Source: Mantamonas sphyraenae STR306
Lineage: Eukaryota; Protista; CRuMs
NCBI GenBank assembly: GCA_026936335.1
Contig: JAPMXV010000060.1
Coordinates: 62,001 to 126,000, forward strand
Direction: 5' to 3'
DNA: 64,000 bases
Shown here: piece by piece, positions 1 through 10,726 of the stretch
Layout of the letters: each line of letters starts with the position of its first letter
Numbering within the stretch: position 1 is the first letter of the stretch
Notes under the pieces: model-generated
Database searches by the model: none
Told to the model about the DNA's origin: nothing
The model's input: only the letters and a program-made list of their open reading frames with translations
Position numbers and translations under genes: made by a program

Positions 1-649
1 CGGAGACGAGCGCGTGGTGTGCACATCCGCCCTTGCCGAAATGCTTCTTCGCAAGATGGACAAGAGCGGATACATCCGCTACGAACCCGGTGCCGATGCC
101 TTCTACACGGCGGAAGACGAGGAGGCGGAGGAGCAGTCGTCGTCGTCTTCGGCGTCATCATCGGCGGCAGGGCTGAAGAAGATGGATGAAAAGAAGAGCA
201 AGCGGATGGAAAAGATCCAAGATCTGGTTCTGTTCCGGTACGGATCGACGGGTGTGCAGGATGCGGTGAACTTGGCTGTGGAAACGTGCCGCTACCTTCC
301 AGTGTTTCCCGTGCGCAACCTCAAAACCTTTGGGACGGGAGACATGGGCGACAAACGTGCGTTTGTTGAGTGCTACCTGATCCCGCCTGGGGTCACCGTG
401 CGCCAGTTTGCAGGCATGGTGTCCACTGCGTTGGAGGAGAACTACGGCTACGCCGAGGGAGTGGACGGGCGCAGGTTGGGTGAGAACGACGTCATCACGG
501 ACAAGAACAACATCATCAAGTACACCGTGGTGGAGCGCCAGGATGCGGGGGCGTCGTCCAGCGGCACAGCAGCCAAGGAAGGCGAAGGCAAAGACAAGAA
601 GGCGGCCAAGGCCAAGGACAAGAAAGACGTGGATGACAATGAATTCTAG
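1..649 (+). CDS. Obg/YchF-family GTPase (YGR210C-like), C-terminal part with TGS-like domain; 5' end outside window
   Basis: VCTSALAEMLLRK, YGSTGVQDAVNLAVE, PVFPVRN and GRRLGENDVITDKNNIIKY resemble the C-terminal half of YGR210C-type Obg GTPases; stop TAG 647-649. Confidence 0.7.
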   Translation, partial: GDERVVCTSALAEMLLRKMDKSGYIRYEPGADAFYTAEDEEAEEQSSSSSASSSAAGLKKMDEKKSKRMEKIQDLVLFRYGSTGVQDAVNLAVETCRYLPVFPVRNLKTFGTGDMGDKRAFVECYLIPPGVTVRQFAGMVSTALEENYGYAEGVDGRRLGENDVITDKNNIIKYTVVERQDAGASSSGTAAKEGEGKDKKAAKAKDKKDVDDNEF

Positions 650-679
650 GGAGCTGCTTGCACTGGTGTCATTGTGGGA

Positions 680-1333
680 TCATCGATCATTGAGATTCGC
701 GGTCGCCGAGCTGCTGCTGCTTCCAGCCTCGACGCTGGTCTCCTCCTTGGCGCTGCCTTGATCCATGTTGTTCTGCTTGCCCTTGTTTCCTCCTTGCTTG
801 CCCTGCTTGCCTTGCTTTCCTTGCTTTCCTTGCTTTCCTTGCTTTCCCTGCTTGCCTTGCTTGCCCATTTTGGCAGTGTCCTCGACATCGCGATCAAGGA
901 TCAGCGTCACAGGGCCGTCGTTGGTCAGCTTGACATCCATGTAGGCACCAAACACACCAGCCTTGATCTTGTCTTCGGAATAGAGTGACTGGGTCATGCC
1001 GACAACCTCGTCAAAGAGCACTGCGCCGTCCGTGCCGTTCATGGCTTTGTTGTAGTTCGGGCGCGTGCCCTTCTTGCAGTCTGCATACAGGGTAAACTGG
1101 GACACAAGCAGCACTTCGTACTGATTATCCATCACGCTGGTTGTCCAGGGCTTCCCGTCCTGGTTGTCCCACAGACGCAGCGAAAGCAGCTTGTTGATCA
1201 GCCACTCGGCCTCGGTCACCGTGTCGCTGGCGTTGAATCCCACCAGCACCATGAGGCCCGAGCCGATCGACGACACAATCGATCCTTCCACCTCTACTGA
1301 CGCATCCTTGACGCGCTGGACGACCAAACGCAT
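680..1333 (-). CDS. DTD1: D-aminoacyl-tRNA deacylase
   Basis: MRLVVQRV start, SQFTL motif, GVFGAYMDV and NDGPVT (Gly-cisPro) motif; intronless; low-complexity C-terminal tail. Confidence 0.95.
   Translation of the reverse strand: MRLVVQRVKDASVEVEGSIVSSIGSGLMVLVGFNASDTVTEAEWLINKLLSLRLWDNQDGKPWTTSVMDNQYEVLLVSQFTLYADCKKGTRPNYNKAMNGTDGAVLFDEVVGMTQSLYSEDKIKAGVFGAYMDVKLTNDGPVTLILDRDVEDTAKMGKQGKQGKQGKQGKQGKQGKQGKQGGNKGKQNNMDQGSAKEETSVEAGSSSSSATANLNDR
794..865 (-). repeat. 9-bp coding tandem repeat, (GKQ)x8, in DTD1 tail
   Basis: Eight consecutive ttgcttgcc/ttgctttcc/ctgcttgcc units. Confidence 0.9.
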
Positions 1334-1366
1334 TGCAACAGGCTGAAGAAAGGACGAAGAAGAAGA

Positions 1367-2735
1367 ATGTTTGGCTCGGTGAGTGCTTGCACGGACCTGC
1401 GTTCACGCTCAGTCGCTGTGGCGTCAATCACGTGCATTCCCTTCCCACACATCCAACACCCACACCTTTGTCTGTGTGAACTGACCCTGTGTGAATTGCT
1501 GCACGTGAGCAGAAGGCAGACAAGGAAGACCCCGAGTACGACGACTTTCTGGACGACGAGGACGAGGACGACGAGGTGGTCCACGTGGCCGGTCAGCTCG
1601 CAGAAGGGGCTGTGGAGAACGGTGGCAGCAGCAGTGCGGGTATACATACAGCAGAAAACACACAACAGGAATCACAGACGACGCAGGGCGAGTGGCAAGC
1701 GGCACGCAAGGTGCATCCGCAGCTGAACGTGGAGCCGCTGGCCATTGAGTACGCGCTGAACACAGCCACGCTGGAAGATTTGGGCAATGATCGTAGCGTG
1801 GCACGTGTATGGATTCCTCCCAGTGACTCGGATGCCATGGTCAAGCAGATGCTAGAGGAACAGGCGGTGGGCGGGGACTCGGACACGGATCTTGTGCCAC
1901 GCGTGTATGAAGGGGGCATGAAACTGTGGGAGGGCGGATTGGACCTTCCCAAGTACATGTGTGAAGCAAAGCTCGTGTGCAAAGACAAACGTGTGCTGGA
2001 GCTGGGTGCCGGCCACGGACTGCCGGGCATGGTCGCCCTCCTCGACGGCGCTGCACACGTCTCGTTTGCCGACTATGTGAGTGGGACGGAGGGCAAAGAG
2101 CACAGCACAGAGCCACACAGCCACAGCCACAACCACACACTCTCTCATGGCACCGGTACACTGACATACCCACACGCACTGCACAGAACGAGCAAGTGCT
2201 CCAGTCGGTGACCTTCCCCACAGCCCTGTGCAACCTGGCATACGCAAACGGGTCGCTGTCCTTTGCAGCATCGCAGGCGCTGCCAGACACAGAGGAGCTG
2301 GGCGAGGTGGATCTTGAGGAGGAGGACGTCGGGGAAGAGAACGGAGGGACCACCAACCAAGATGACGCCAGCGTGGATGCACTGGTGGCCCAGGTGACCG
2401 AACGTTGTCACTTTTACAGCGGATCATGGTCTTCTCTCAACGACGTGCTTGGCGACGCTCAGTACGACCTCATTCTGAGTGCAGAGACGTTGTACTCGCG
2501 CGACTCGTACGCCATGCTCCACGACCTGCTCGACACCCATCTGGCTTCTTCTGGACAGGCACTGTTTGCTGCCAAAATCTTTTACTTTGGCGTGGGTGGC
2601 GGCGCACGTGATTTTGCAGAGTATGTTCGCCAGCGGGGCGTCTTTGATGTCGCAGTTGTCAAGCAGGTCACCGGCAGCGGTAGCATCGAGCGACACATCC
2701 TTCGTCTCACGAGGCCCGGCTCCAGTGGGCCGTAA
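1367..2735 (+). CDS. METTL18: Histidine protein methyltransferase (METTL18/Hpm1 family); 3 exons, introns ~1379-1512 and 2077-2186
   Basis: VYEGGMKLWEGGLDL, VLELGAGHGLPG (SAM motif I), YDLILSAETLY, FAAKIFYFGVGGG; GTGAGT..CAG junctions keep the frame. Confidence 0.85.
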
Positions 2736-2812
2736 CTAAACCCTACCCTCCCCCGCTCTCTCATTTTGTGTGTGTGTGTGTGCAATGCGCCTGGTGGCCA
2801 ACAACAACAACG

Positions 2813-4669
2813 ATGGGGCTGCTTGGTCGGACAGCCACCGCGTCAGCCGGCAAACCTGCGGCAGCGATGCTGTTGTTGCTCCTCCTCCTCAATTACCAGC
2901 TATTGTACAGCGTACCCACACCCTCTGTCTCCTCCCACACCGTTTCCTCGTCCACACAGAGGCGTCCTCTTGGAACGGCGGGCGGCAAGGCCAACAACCC
3001 CGACCCTGCGGGCGCCACCGCCGCGCCAACTCCCGACCCGCTTGCATGCAAAGCAGCGGTCGACAGCGAAGAAAGTGCTTCCTGGGCCCTCGTCCTCCTT
3101 CTCAACATCCTCATGCTGTGCATATTCATGGTCTACTTGCTGCTCATCAGTTCCTTCCGCTCCATTCCCGAGTCGGTGGCGGTGATTGCTCTCAGTGCCG
3201 CCGCCGGACTCATCATTCGTCTCTCGGGCAAAACCCTGGGCGAAGTGGTGTCCTTTGATCCAAACACCTTCTTTCTCTACCTCCTGCCGCCCATCATCTT
3301 TGAATCGGGCTACTCCCTGCACAAGGGCAACTTCTTTTCCAACCTGGGATCCATCCTCATCTTTGCCGTGTTTGGAACCCTCATTTCCACTGTCATTGTG
3401 GCTTTGGGCATCTGGGTCCTGGGTCTCATCTCCTTCAGCTACCCGCTTGACCTGCTCGACGCACTCATCTTCGGCGCCCTCATCAGTGCCGTCGACCCCG
3501 TCGCCACACTTGCTATCTTCCATGCCCTCGAAGTTGATCCCACCCTGCACATGCTCGTCTTTGGCGAGAGTGTTCTCAACGACGCCGTCGCCGTCGTCCT
3601 CTACCGCACTCTGCTCACTTTCACCAAGGCTCCTTTTACCTGGGCCTCTGCAGGGGCGGCCTGCTCCGACTTTCTGCTCATTTCCGCCGGGTCCATTGTA
3701 ATCGGCGTCATGGTGGCTCTCATTGCTGCGCTTGTGTTCAAATACTCCTCCCTGGACCAGTATCCGTCGCTGGAGTTTTCGCTGATCCTCATTTTCTGCT
3801 ACCTGCCGTACCTGGTGGCCGAGGGCCTGGAGCTGTCCGGCATCATGTCCATCCTATTCAATGGCATTGTGATGGCCCATTATGCGCACTACAACCTGAG
3901 TGCAGTGACGCAGCTGGCCACACAGCAGACATTTCGCATGCTGGCCTTCCTGGCCGAGACGTGTGTGTTTGCCTACCTGGGCTTGGCTGTGTTTGCTTTT
4001 GAGCATTCGCTGTCTGTGGGCATGATTGTGTGGAGTATCATCTTGTGCCTCGTGGGGCGAGCGGCAAACATCTTTCCGCTGACTCGTCTGGTCAACCGCT
4101 TCCGTCGGCAACAGATCCAGCGCGACCACGCCTTTATCATGTGGTTCAGTGGCCTCAGGGGAGCCATTGCGTTTGGGCTGGCGTTGAACGTGCCCAGCGC
4201 AAACGGAAGCGTGCTGGTGACGACCACGCTGGCAATTGTCATGTTCACCATCATTGCTGGTGGCGGTGGCACCATGCCTCTGTTGAAGTTTCTGGAGAGT
4301 GATTCGCCGCTGCTTGCACGTCTGGGACTGGGCAGCACCATCGACATGAGCAAGACGGCGGACCTGGGCAACCCCGTCGATTCGCATCAGGAAGACAACC
4401 GGTCAAACTCGCGGGACCAGAACTGGGTGGAACGGCTGGACAACCGCTTCCTCAAGAGCATCTTTCGTAAGAATCGCACGCGCAGGCGCATGCAAGACGA
4501 GCTTGCACAGCATGTGCGTCAGCTCACGTCAACGTACATGGAGCTGCCTACGAGCGAGGACGAGGACGACGAGGGACGAGGTGTGGATGATCGTCAACGT
4601 GGCATGTCATCCACGTCAGTGATGGACGAACTGGACGATTTCGACGAGCTGTTGGCGGAGAGGAGGTGA
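2813..4669 (+). CDS. SLC9A8: Na+/H+ exchanger, NHE8-like (CPA1)
   Basis: FFLYLLPPIIFESGYSLHKGNFF, FGALISAVDPVATLAIF, VFGESVLNDAVAVVL, WFSGLRGAIAF. Confidence 0.88.
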   Translation: MGLLGRTATASAGKPAAAMLLLLLLLNYQLLYSVPTPSVSSHTVSSSTQRRPLGTAGGKANNPDPAGATAAPTPDPLACKAAVDSEESASWALVLLLNILMLCIFMVYLLLISSFRSIPESVAVIALSAAAGLIIRLSGKTLGEVVSFDPNTFFLYLLPPIIFESGYSLHKGNFFSNLGSILIFAVFGTLISTVIVALGIWVLGLISFSYPLDLLDALIFGALISAVDPVATLAIFHALEVDPTLHMLVFGESVLNDAVAVVLYRTLLTFTKAPFTWASAGAACSDFLLISAGSIVIGVMVALIAALVFKYSSLDQYPSLEFSLILIFCYLPYLVAEGLELSGIMSILFNGIVMAHYAHYNLSAVTQLATQQTFRMLAFLAETCVFAYLGLAVFAFEHSLSVGMIVWSIILCLVGRAANIFPLTRLVNRFRRQQIQRDHAFIMWFSGLRGAIAFGLALNVPSANGSVLVTTTLAIVMFTIIAGGGGTMPLLKFLESDSPLLARLGLGSTIDMSKTADLGNPVDSHQEDNRSNSRDQNWVERLDNRFLKSIFRKNRTRRRMQDELAQHVRQLTSTYMELPTSEDEDDEGRGVDDRQRGMSSTSVMDELDDFDELLAERR

Positions 4670-4697
4670 AAATGCAGGCAGCGACGAATGGTTTTCT

Positions 4698-7600
4698 TCA
4701 TTTGGCTTGAGGGCGACCTCGAGGACGTGCTCCTGCGTTGCGCAGGTTTGCCAGCGTGGATGGATCAGCACTCTTGGCGCGACGGTGGCCACCTGCTCTC
4801 CTGGAGCTAAGGCTGGAACCGCCAGAACGCTTGCGCTCAGTCTTGGGCGGCTCCTGGATTCGCACCGAGGGCGATTGCTTCTCGGGCGTGCTTGGGGAGC
4901 TGTTGCTAAAGTTGGCGGTGTTGCTGCTGCTGCCCGAGCCCACGTCGAATCCCCAGTCGGCCTGTGTGTCGTTGGTGTCGTCATTGCCACCGAAACCCAT
5001 GTTGAACGGGTTGCTGACGCTGATGCTGTTGCGCTTTGCCGACGAACGTCCGTCGAGATCAAAGGCCGGCAAATGGGACAGCGAGTCCTGGGCGCCAAAC
5101 GAGGGTGTGCTGTTGCTTCCCTGCGATCCAATTGAGTTTGTCTTTTGCAACCTGGCGGACCCTGGCGACGATGACTGCTTGGCCAGCGCACTTACGTCGA
5201 AGAACGGGTTGCTGTTGGACCACTCGCCACCACTGGCAGGCAACTCGCTGTGCACCCTACGATGACCCTTGCCTCCACTGCCACCATCGTTCTTTCCACC
5301 GCTGCTCCCCAGCAGCTTGCCGGTGCTTCGACTGGTCGTCAAACCGCCGAAACTGGCCGAATTGGACAGGGAACGACCACGCATGTTGTTTGCGCCGCCG
5401 CCGCTGCTGGCACCTGAGTTGCCTCCTGCGCTCGTGGTTGTTCCGCCGCTCGAGGCAAGGCCAAAATGGAAGCGGAAGGGTGCGTGGATGCCGTAGATCT
5501 GACCACCTGCACGCACACGGGACCTGTTGATGGTGGCAGGCAGGGTGGAGGGAGGAGGAGGCACGGGGGCGGCCTCCCCCGGTACAAACGACCCTGTGCT
5601 AATCAGCCTGGCCAGCAGAGTGGTGTCCACATACGCAGCCACCGCTGGCTGGTCGATGACGGCGCCGAAAAAGTCCAGGGCTTTGGCCAGGTGGCTCTCC
5701 AGCTTGTCCAGATGCTGCTGCAGGGCGCCTGTGTCGCCTCCGCTGTTGGCCACGTTTTCCACCAGTTGGTTGGCCACGCCAAACAGGGCTGCCAGCAGGT
5801 GGTACAGTTCCAGAGTCAGCGGCAAAAGGGCTGCTTCAAACATGCCGGCCTGACTGCTTGCGCTCTGCACCTGGCCTGCCAGGTTGAGAAGAACATTGAG
5901 CAGCGCAAGCATGTGCTTCAGCCAGTCCAAATCCCACGAGGCACACACGGTACGGACGTCAGCACCCTGGTCCTCTTGTGAGAACAGGTAGGTGTCCACC
6001 GAGTAGAGGCTTTCAAACTCGCGGTGCAGCGAGTGGAAACGCAGCTTGCCAACAAGGAACTTGGTGTACTCTTTGAGGATGGTGCTGCTTGTGCCTGTGC
6101 TCTTGACACTGTTCCAAGTGCGTGCCAGATCCTCAAAGAATGACATCTGGTCGAGCAGCGGCCCAAACGCGCTGGCACATCCCTCCTGCAGCACCGTGTG
6201 AACAACCAGCAGTGCCTTGTAGCACACAATGGCGTTGTGTGCCACCGGGCGCTTGCGTACGCTGTTGACCATGCCTGTCATCGACGCTGCTCGCCACGTC
6301 TCCACAACCATGCCCTTGATGCCCTCCACAGACGGGGGATCCGACGATTGGCCTTGCGTCAGCTCCTGCATCAGGTGGTCCGTGTCCACCGACGAGCTGT
6401 ACATCGCCTCGTCTGCCACAGTCTGTGCCCAGTTGGCGTCCATTTCTTCCTCGTTCTGTCCCGTGCCAGACGTCGTCTGCAGATCAAATAGGTCGTCGTG
6501 TGAAGAGGTGTCGAAGCTGGTCTCAAACGCGATGCCTCCTCCTCCTCCGCCTTGCTGGAACTGTCCTTGGCCATTGCTGTCTGCAAACGACGCGCCAAAC
6601 GCAGTGTCAAAGCCACCTCCCGCAGCCGAGGTCTCTGCCTGCTCTCCAAAGCTCGCTCCGAACCCCTGGTTCAAGCTCTGGTTCACACTGCCTTGCACCT
6701 GCTCCTGGCTGCCAAACGATGCGCCAAAATCTGCTTCGAAGCCCTGCTGCGGCTGTCGTTGTTGTTGCTGTTGTTGCTGCTGCTGAGGTTGGCCAAACGA
6801 GGCACCGAAGCCGCCCGAGAATCCCTGCGATTGGCCGAACGAACTTGCTCCTCCTCCTCCAAATCCTGTCTGCTGTTGTTCGTCCGTGGAATTGTCTGAA
6901 TGCCACTCGACGGCGTCGCCGAGGATCTGCGCGGCCGTAAACCCCTTGCTTTGCTTCCGCGGCATCTCTTGTGTGCTTTGTGTCTGTGTGCGCGTCTGGG
7001 TCTGTGTTTGATCACCGAATGAAGCGCCAAAGTCCGCCTCAAAGCTGTTGGAGGCGTCAAACGCCGTATCAAAGGCTGTGTTGAACCCTTCCGACTGGCC
7101 AAACGCAGCACTTTGGTCCTCCGACGTCAGCGAACGCTGGCGCGACGGTCGGCTGTTGTCATCACCACCGCTGCTACTGCTGCTGCGGTTGCGCGAGCGT
7201 CCATGGTGGCTGCGCTTGGCCATCTTTGCCTTTGCCTCCTTGCGTGCCTGTTGGCGGCTGGTGACCCCGCCGCTGCTGCTGCTGTGCTGCATACGCGAGC
7301 TGCGACGTGATGAAGAACCCGAAGAGCGATTGGATGATCCACCGGAGCTCTTGCGGGAGCCTTTGTTGGCCTTCCATCTGCCCTGGCTGTCCTCCAGCGA
7401 CGGCAGGTCACTAAGGTCGCCATTGCGCACGGCATCCAAACTGGCCAACACTTCGTCAATGTCCGGGCGGTCGTCTGGCTCGGGATTGAGCAGGTAGCGG
7501 ATGAAGCGAGGCACCGCTTCGGAGTAGTCCTTCACTTCAGAGGGCAATTCGTAGCGAGCGCTCATGATCTTTGGGCCGCCGGCGTCGTCAAAGGGACCTT

Positions 7601-8746
7601 TGAAAAAGGCCAGCTTGTACAGGATGCAGCCCAAAGCCCAAATGTCCACCTTTTCGTTGATCGTGTTCTTGCTGTACAGGTCGACCTGCTCCGGGGCGCG
7701 GTAGGCCATGGTCGTGTTCTGCTCGATATCCGTCTCGATGGCAACACGCTAGTTGTGTGTGTGTGTGTGTGTGTGCGTGTGTCAGTATGCGGTGAGTGGC
7801 TGGGTGTGCACAGTTGTGGCCATTGCGAAGGCACGGGGCAAGATTGAATGAGCGGCAGAACTCACCTCTTGGGTGTTGCTCCAGGAAAACTGCTCCGACG
7901 TGGCACTGCCAAAGTCGCACACCTTGTAGGTGTTGGAACTTGGTTGGTACAGGATGTTTTCGACTTTGAGATCGCGGTGGGCGACAGGTGGGTCCATCCA
8001 GTGCAGTTGGGCGACGCCGTTCACCACGTCGCCAAAGATGGACCACACCTCCTGCTCGGAAAACCTATTGTAGAATCGGTCATTCATGATGTCGACCATC
8101 TGTCCGCCTGTGCAAGAGGCGTGTGGGGCATGGGGCAGGGGGCACGGGAGTCGAGAGTGAGCATGCTAGGCCGTGTGGGGCGAGGCGAGTGCTTGGCCGT
8201 CGAGACAAGAGGGAAGGAAGAGGAGGCGCACGTACCTGTGCTCAGCTCCATAAGGATATCGATCTGGGGCATGCCATTTGCACCATTCGAGACATAGCGG
8301 TAGTCCAGGAACTTCACGAGGTTGGGATGGTCGGGCAACTTGGCCTTTACGGGCGTGAAAGAAAGCGGGAGGCGTGAGTTTGGAGGGGAAAGCGAGTCTA
8401 AAAGAAAAAGCGGCGGAAGCACAAGGTGGGACAGCAAACGTACCATCAGCTCCACCTCGGCCTGGATCTGGGCCTTCATGTTTTGGTCACGCAACAAAAT
8501 GCACTTCAGCGCACACTGGTCGCGCTGGTTAGCCACGTCCACGGTGTACACAAACGCAAACGAGCCTGAAAGGTGGCCGCGGGTCAGCATCCGTACACAA
8601 CGACACACGCACACACAGCAGCAGCAGCAGCAGCAGCAGCAGTTCAAAAGACAACAGCAGCTGTGCACACACTCACCTTCGGCAATGCGCTGGACCATGC
8701 GAACGCTGTAGCGTCCGACGTTGAACCAGCCTTCTTCTGCACTCAT
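4698..8746 (-). CDS. NAK-family (AAK1/GAK/Ark1-Prk1-like) Ser/Thr kinase with internal ANTH-like domain; 5 exons
   Basis: IAEGSFAFVY, PPVAHRDLKVENIL, KVCDFGSAT, TTMAYRAPEQVDLY, INEKVDIWALGCILYKLAF; ANTH-like NAIVCYKALLVVHTVLQEG..EYTKFLVGKLRFH; NPF and FGASF motifs; four GT-AG introns between ~7750 and 8675. Confidence 0.88.
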
Positions 8747-8898
8747 CAGGTTGGCGGCAACAGTGCGCACCATTGCATGCACCTCGTTTGCTAATGTCCT
8801 TCACAGCGTGGCCCTTTGCACACGAGGGACTCTTTGAATTGTGTGCTCTGCATCTGCATGCACTGCTGCCCGGGTTCCACCACCACAGCCCCCGACTG

Positions 8899-10164
8899 AT
8901 GTTTGTGCGACACACACGCACCCACACGAGCAGTGCACTCGCCCCGTGGCGACGTGCTGTGGTGGCTGCACAACAACAGGCCAATGGTCCGTGTCGGACG
9001 TACACCAAAAGGACCCGGGCTAAGAAGCGCGTGCCAAGGGCCAAGGCCTCGCGACCGGCGATCTCGGTGCCAAGCACCAGCACAAAGCGTACGCGGGCCC
9101 GAAATGCAACACGGGAGCTCACCACCACACACGCTTCTGTGCTGGAGCAGCTTGGAGCAGCACATGCGTGCGTCGAGTCGCCCAGCACTGGGTTGGCTCA
9201 GCTGGCCGCCCTCGCCGAGCGAACGGCGGACGTGCAGACACAGCTGGTGCATCCTGGGAGCAACCAAACATGGAGTGCCTCCCAACCCTGGACTCGCTTC
9301 ACTTTGGACCAGCTGCCTCTGCCACGAGGGTATGTGAAGCATGTGCGGCGGTTTGAAGAGACGTTTGTTCCTGCCCCCATGAGCAACCCGCTGTTGCTTG
9401 TGCAAGCCTTTGTGCACAATTCGTATTACCGCCAGCCGTGGCGCAATGCAAAGGTGCCCGAGCTGTTTGAGCACGACATGGTTGCCTTTAGTTATGGTCG
9501 GCTGGAGTTCTTTGGCGATGCCTGGCTGAACGCCCTCCTGAGCTCGTTCCTGGTGCAAGCATTTCCCAACCACGATGAAGGGGGCATTAGTCGCTTCTTG
9601 GCCGCGTTGCGATCCAACGCGGCACTGTCACACGTCGCACGCACCCACTTTTGTTTGAGTCCTCTCATCCTCAGCGCCAACAACGGCACGTCGTACCTGG
9701 ATACAAGAGGATGCCATTTCGACGCTCACATGCGTCGACGCGCTGCCGTGGAACCCAGCACCGAGGCTGGACGCCGCTCACTGGTCAAGCTCGAGGCTGA
9801 TGTCTTGGAGGCCATCTCCGGCGCCATATTTATTGACCAAGGCGTGCATGGACTCAGCCGCTTTATGAGCAAACACATGATTCCGCAGCTGGTGGCGTAT
9901 GTACAGAGCCATGAGGACAGTGTGACCGATGTGGTGACGCAGGTGCAGATGCTGGTCCAGCAGTGCTTCAAAGACACCCCCGTGTATCGTGTCATCGAGC
10001 GACGTAACCAAGGCACCCCCGACGTCATGTTCCGTGTGTCTCTCGCTGTGCTGGGCCACGAGATGGCACAGGGGGAGGCCGGTTCCATCGACCACGCCAA
10101 ACGAGACGCGGCCGCCACCCTCATTGCGGGCCTCGATCGCTTGGATGTCCCCGATGGCACATAG
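8899..10164 (+). CDS. Class-1-like ribonuclease III (RNase III domain + dsRBD); start uncertain (8794 or 8899)
   Basis: QAFVHNSY, GRLEFFGDAWL signature, EADVLEAISGAIFIDQG, C-terminal dsRBD (PVYRVI..FRVSL..AQGEAGSIDHAKRDAA). Confidence 0.85.
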   Translation: MFVRHTRTHTSSALAPWRRAVVAAQQQANGPCRTYTKRTRAKKRVPRAKASRPAISVPSTSTKRTRARNATRELTTTHASVLEQLGAAHACVESPSTGLAQLAALAERTADVQTQLVHPGSNQTWSASQPWTRFTLDQLPLPRGYVKHVRRFEETFVPAPMSNPLLLVQAFVHNSYYRQPWRNAKVPELFEHDMVAFSYGRLEFFGDAWLNALLSSFLVQAFPNHDEGGISRFLAALRSNAALSHVARTHFCLSPLILSANNGTSYLDTRGCHFDAHMRRRAAVEPSTEAGRRSLVKLEADVLEAISGAIFIDQGVHGLSRFMSKHMIPQLVAYVQSHEDSVTDVVTQVQMLVQQCFKDTPVYRVIERRNQGTPDVMFRVSLAVLGHEMAQGEAGSIDHAKRDAAATLIAGLDRLDVPDGT

Positions 10165-10174
10165 CGAGCCCATG

Positions 10175-10696
10175 TCATGACGTATCCTCTGGGTGTCCAC
10201 TCTGCTGGAGGGGTGCCGCGAGGCGGATGGGCCCGCGAAGAGGTGTGTCGAGGTCCACGGGTTCCCCACGTTGAAGGATGCGGATTTGGCCTGCACGTGC
10301 GAGTTGAATGGCCACTTGCCGTGTGGTGTCCATCCACGCTCGCCACGTGGGCGACTCGAACAGCCGGCGGGGGACTTCCGAAGGGCAACACGTCTTTTCC
10401 GGGCCTCGTGACGCTGTGAGCTCCAGAATGGTCGCGCGGATCTGCTCCACACTGCCCTTGTCTAATACAAAGAGATCGCTAGGTTCCAAACCATTGGATG
10501 ACGTTGTGTTCTCCAGGGTGGCGTGTGTTTTGTTTCCTTGGCTGCCGGCGACTTTGTCCACGCGCTGCCGCTTTGCATCCATGTCGACGGGCCCATGAGC
10601 CCCATCCAATGTAGCCCCGTTGTCCTCTTCAGTCAAAGAGCGCTTGGACATGGACAGAATTGCATCAAGGAGTCGTTGTGGACCACCCGGCGCCAT
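10175..10696 (-). CDS. DUF3253-family small protein
   Basis: TILELTASRGPEKTCCPSEVPRRL..WRAWMDTTRQVAIQLARAGQIRILQRGEPVD..RGPIRL matches the DUF3253 pattern from memory. Confidence 0.75.
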   Translation of the reverse strand: MAPGGPQRLLDAILSMSKRSLTEEDNGATLDGAHGPVDMDAKRQRVDKVAGSQGNKTHATLENTTSSNGLEPSDLFVLDKGSVEQIRATILELTASRGPEKTCCPSEVPRRLFESPTWRAWMDTTRQVAIQLARAGQIRILQRGEPVDLDTPLRGPIRLAAPLQQSGHPEDTS

Positions 10697-10726
10697 GGTG
10701 AACACTCAAACACACTTTGAAGGGCG

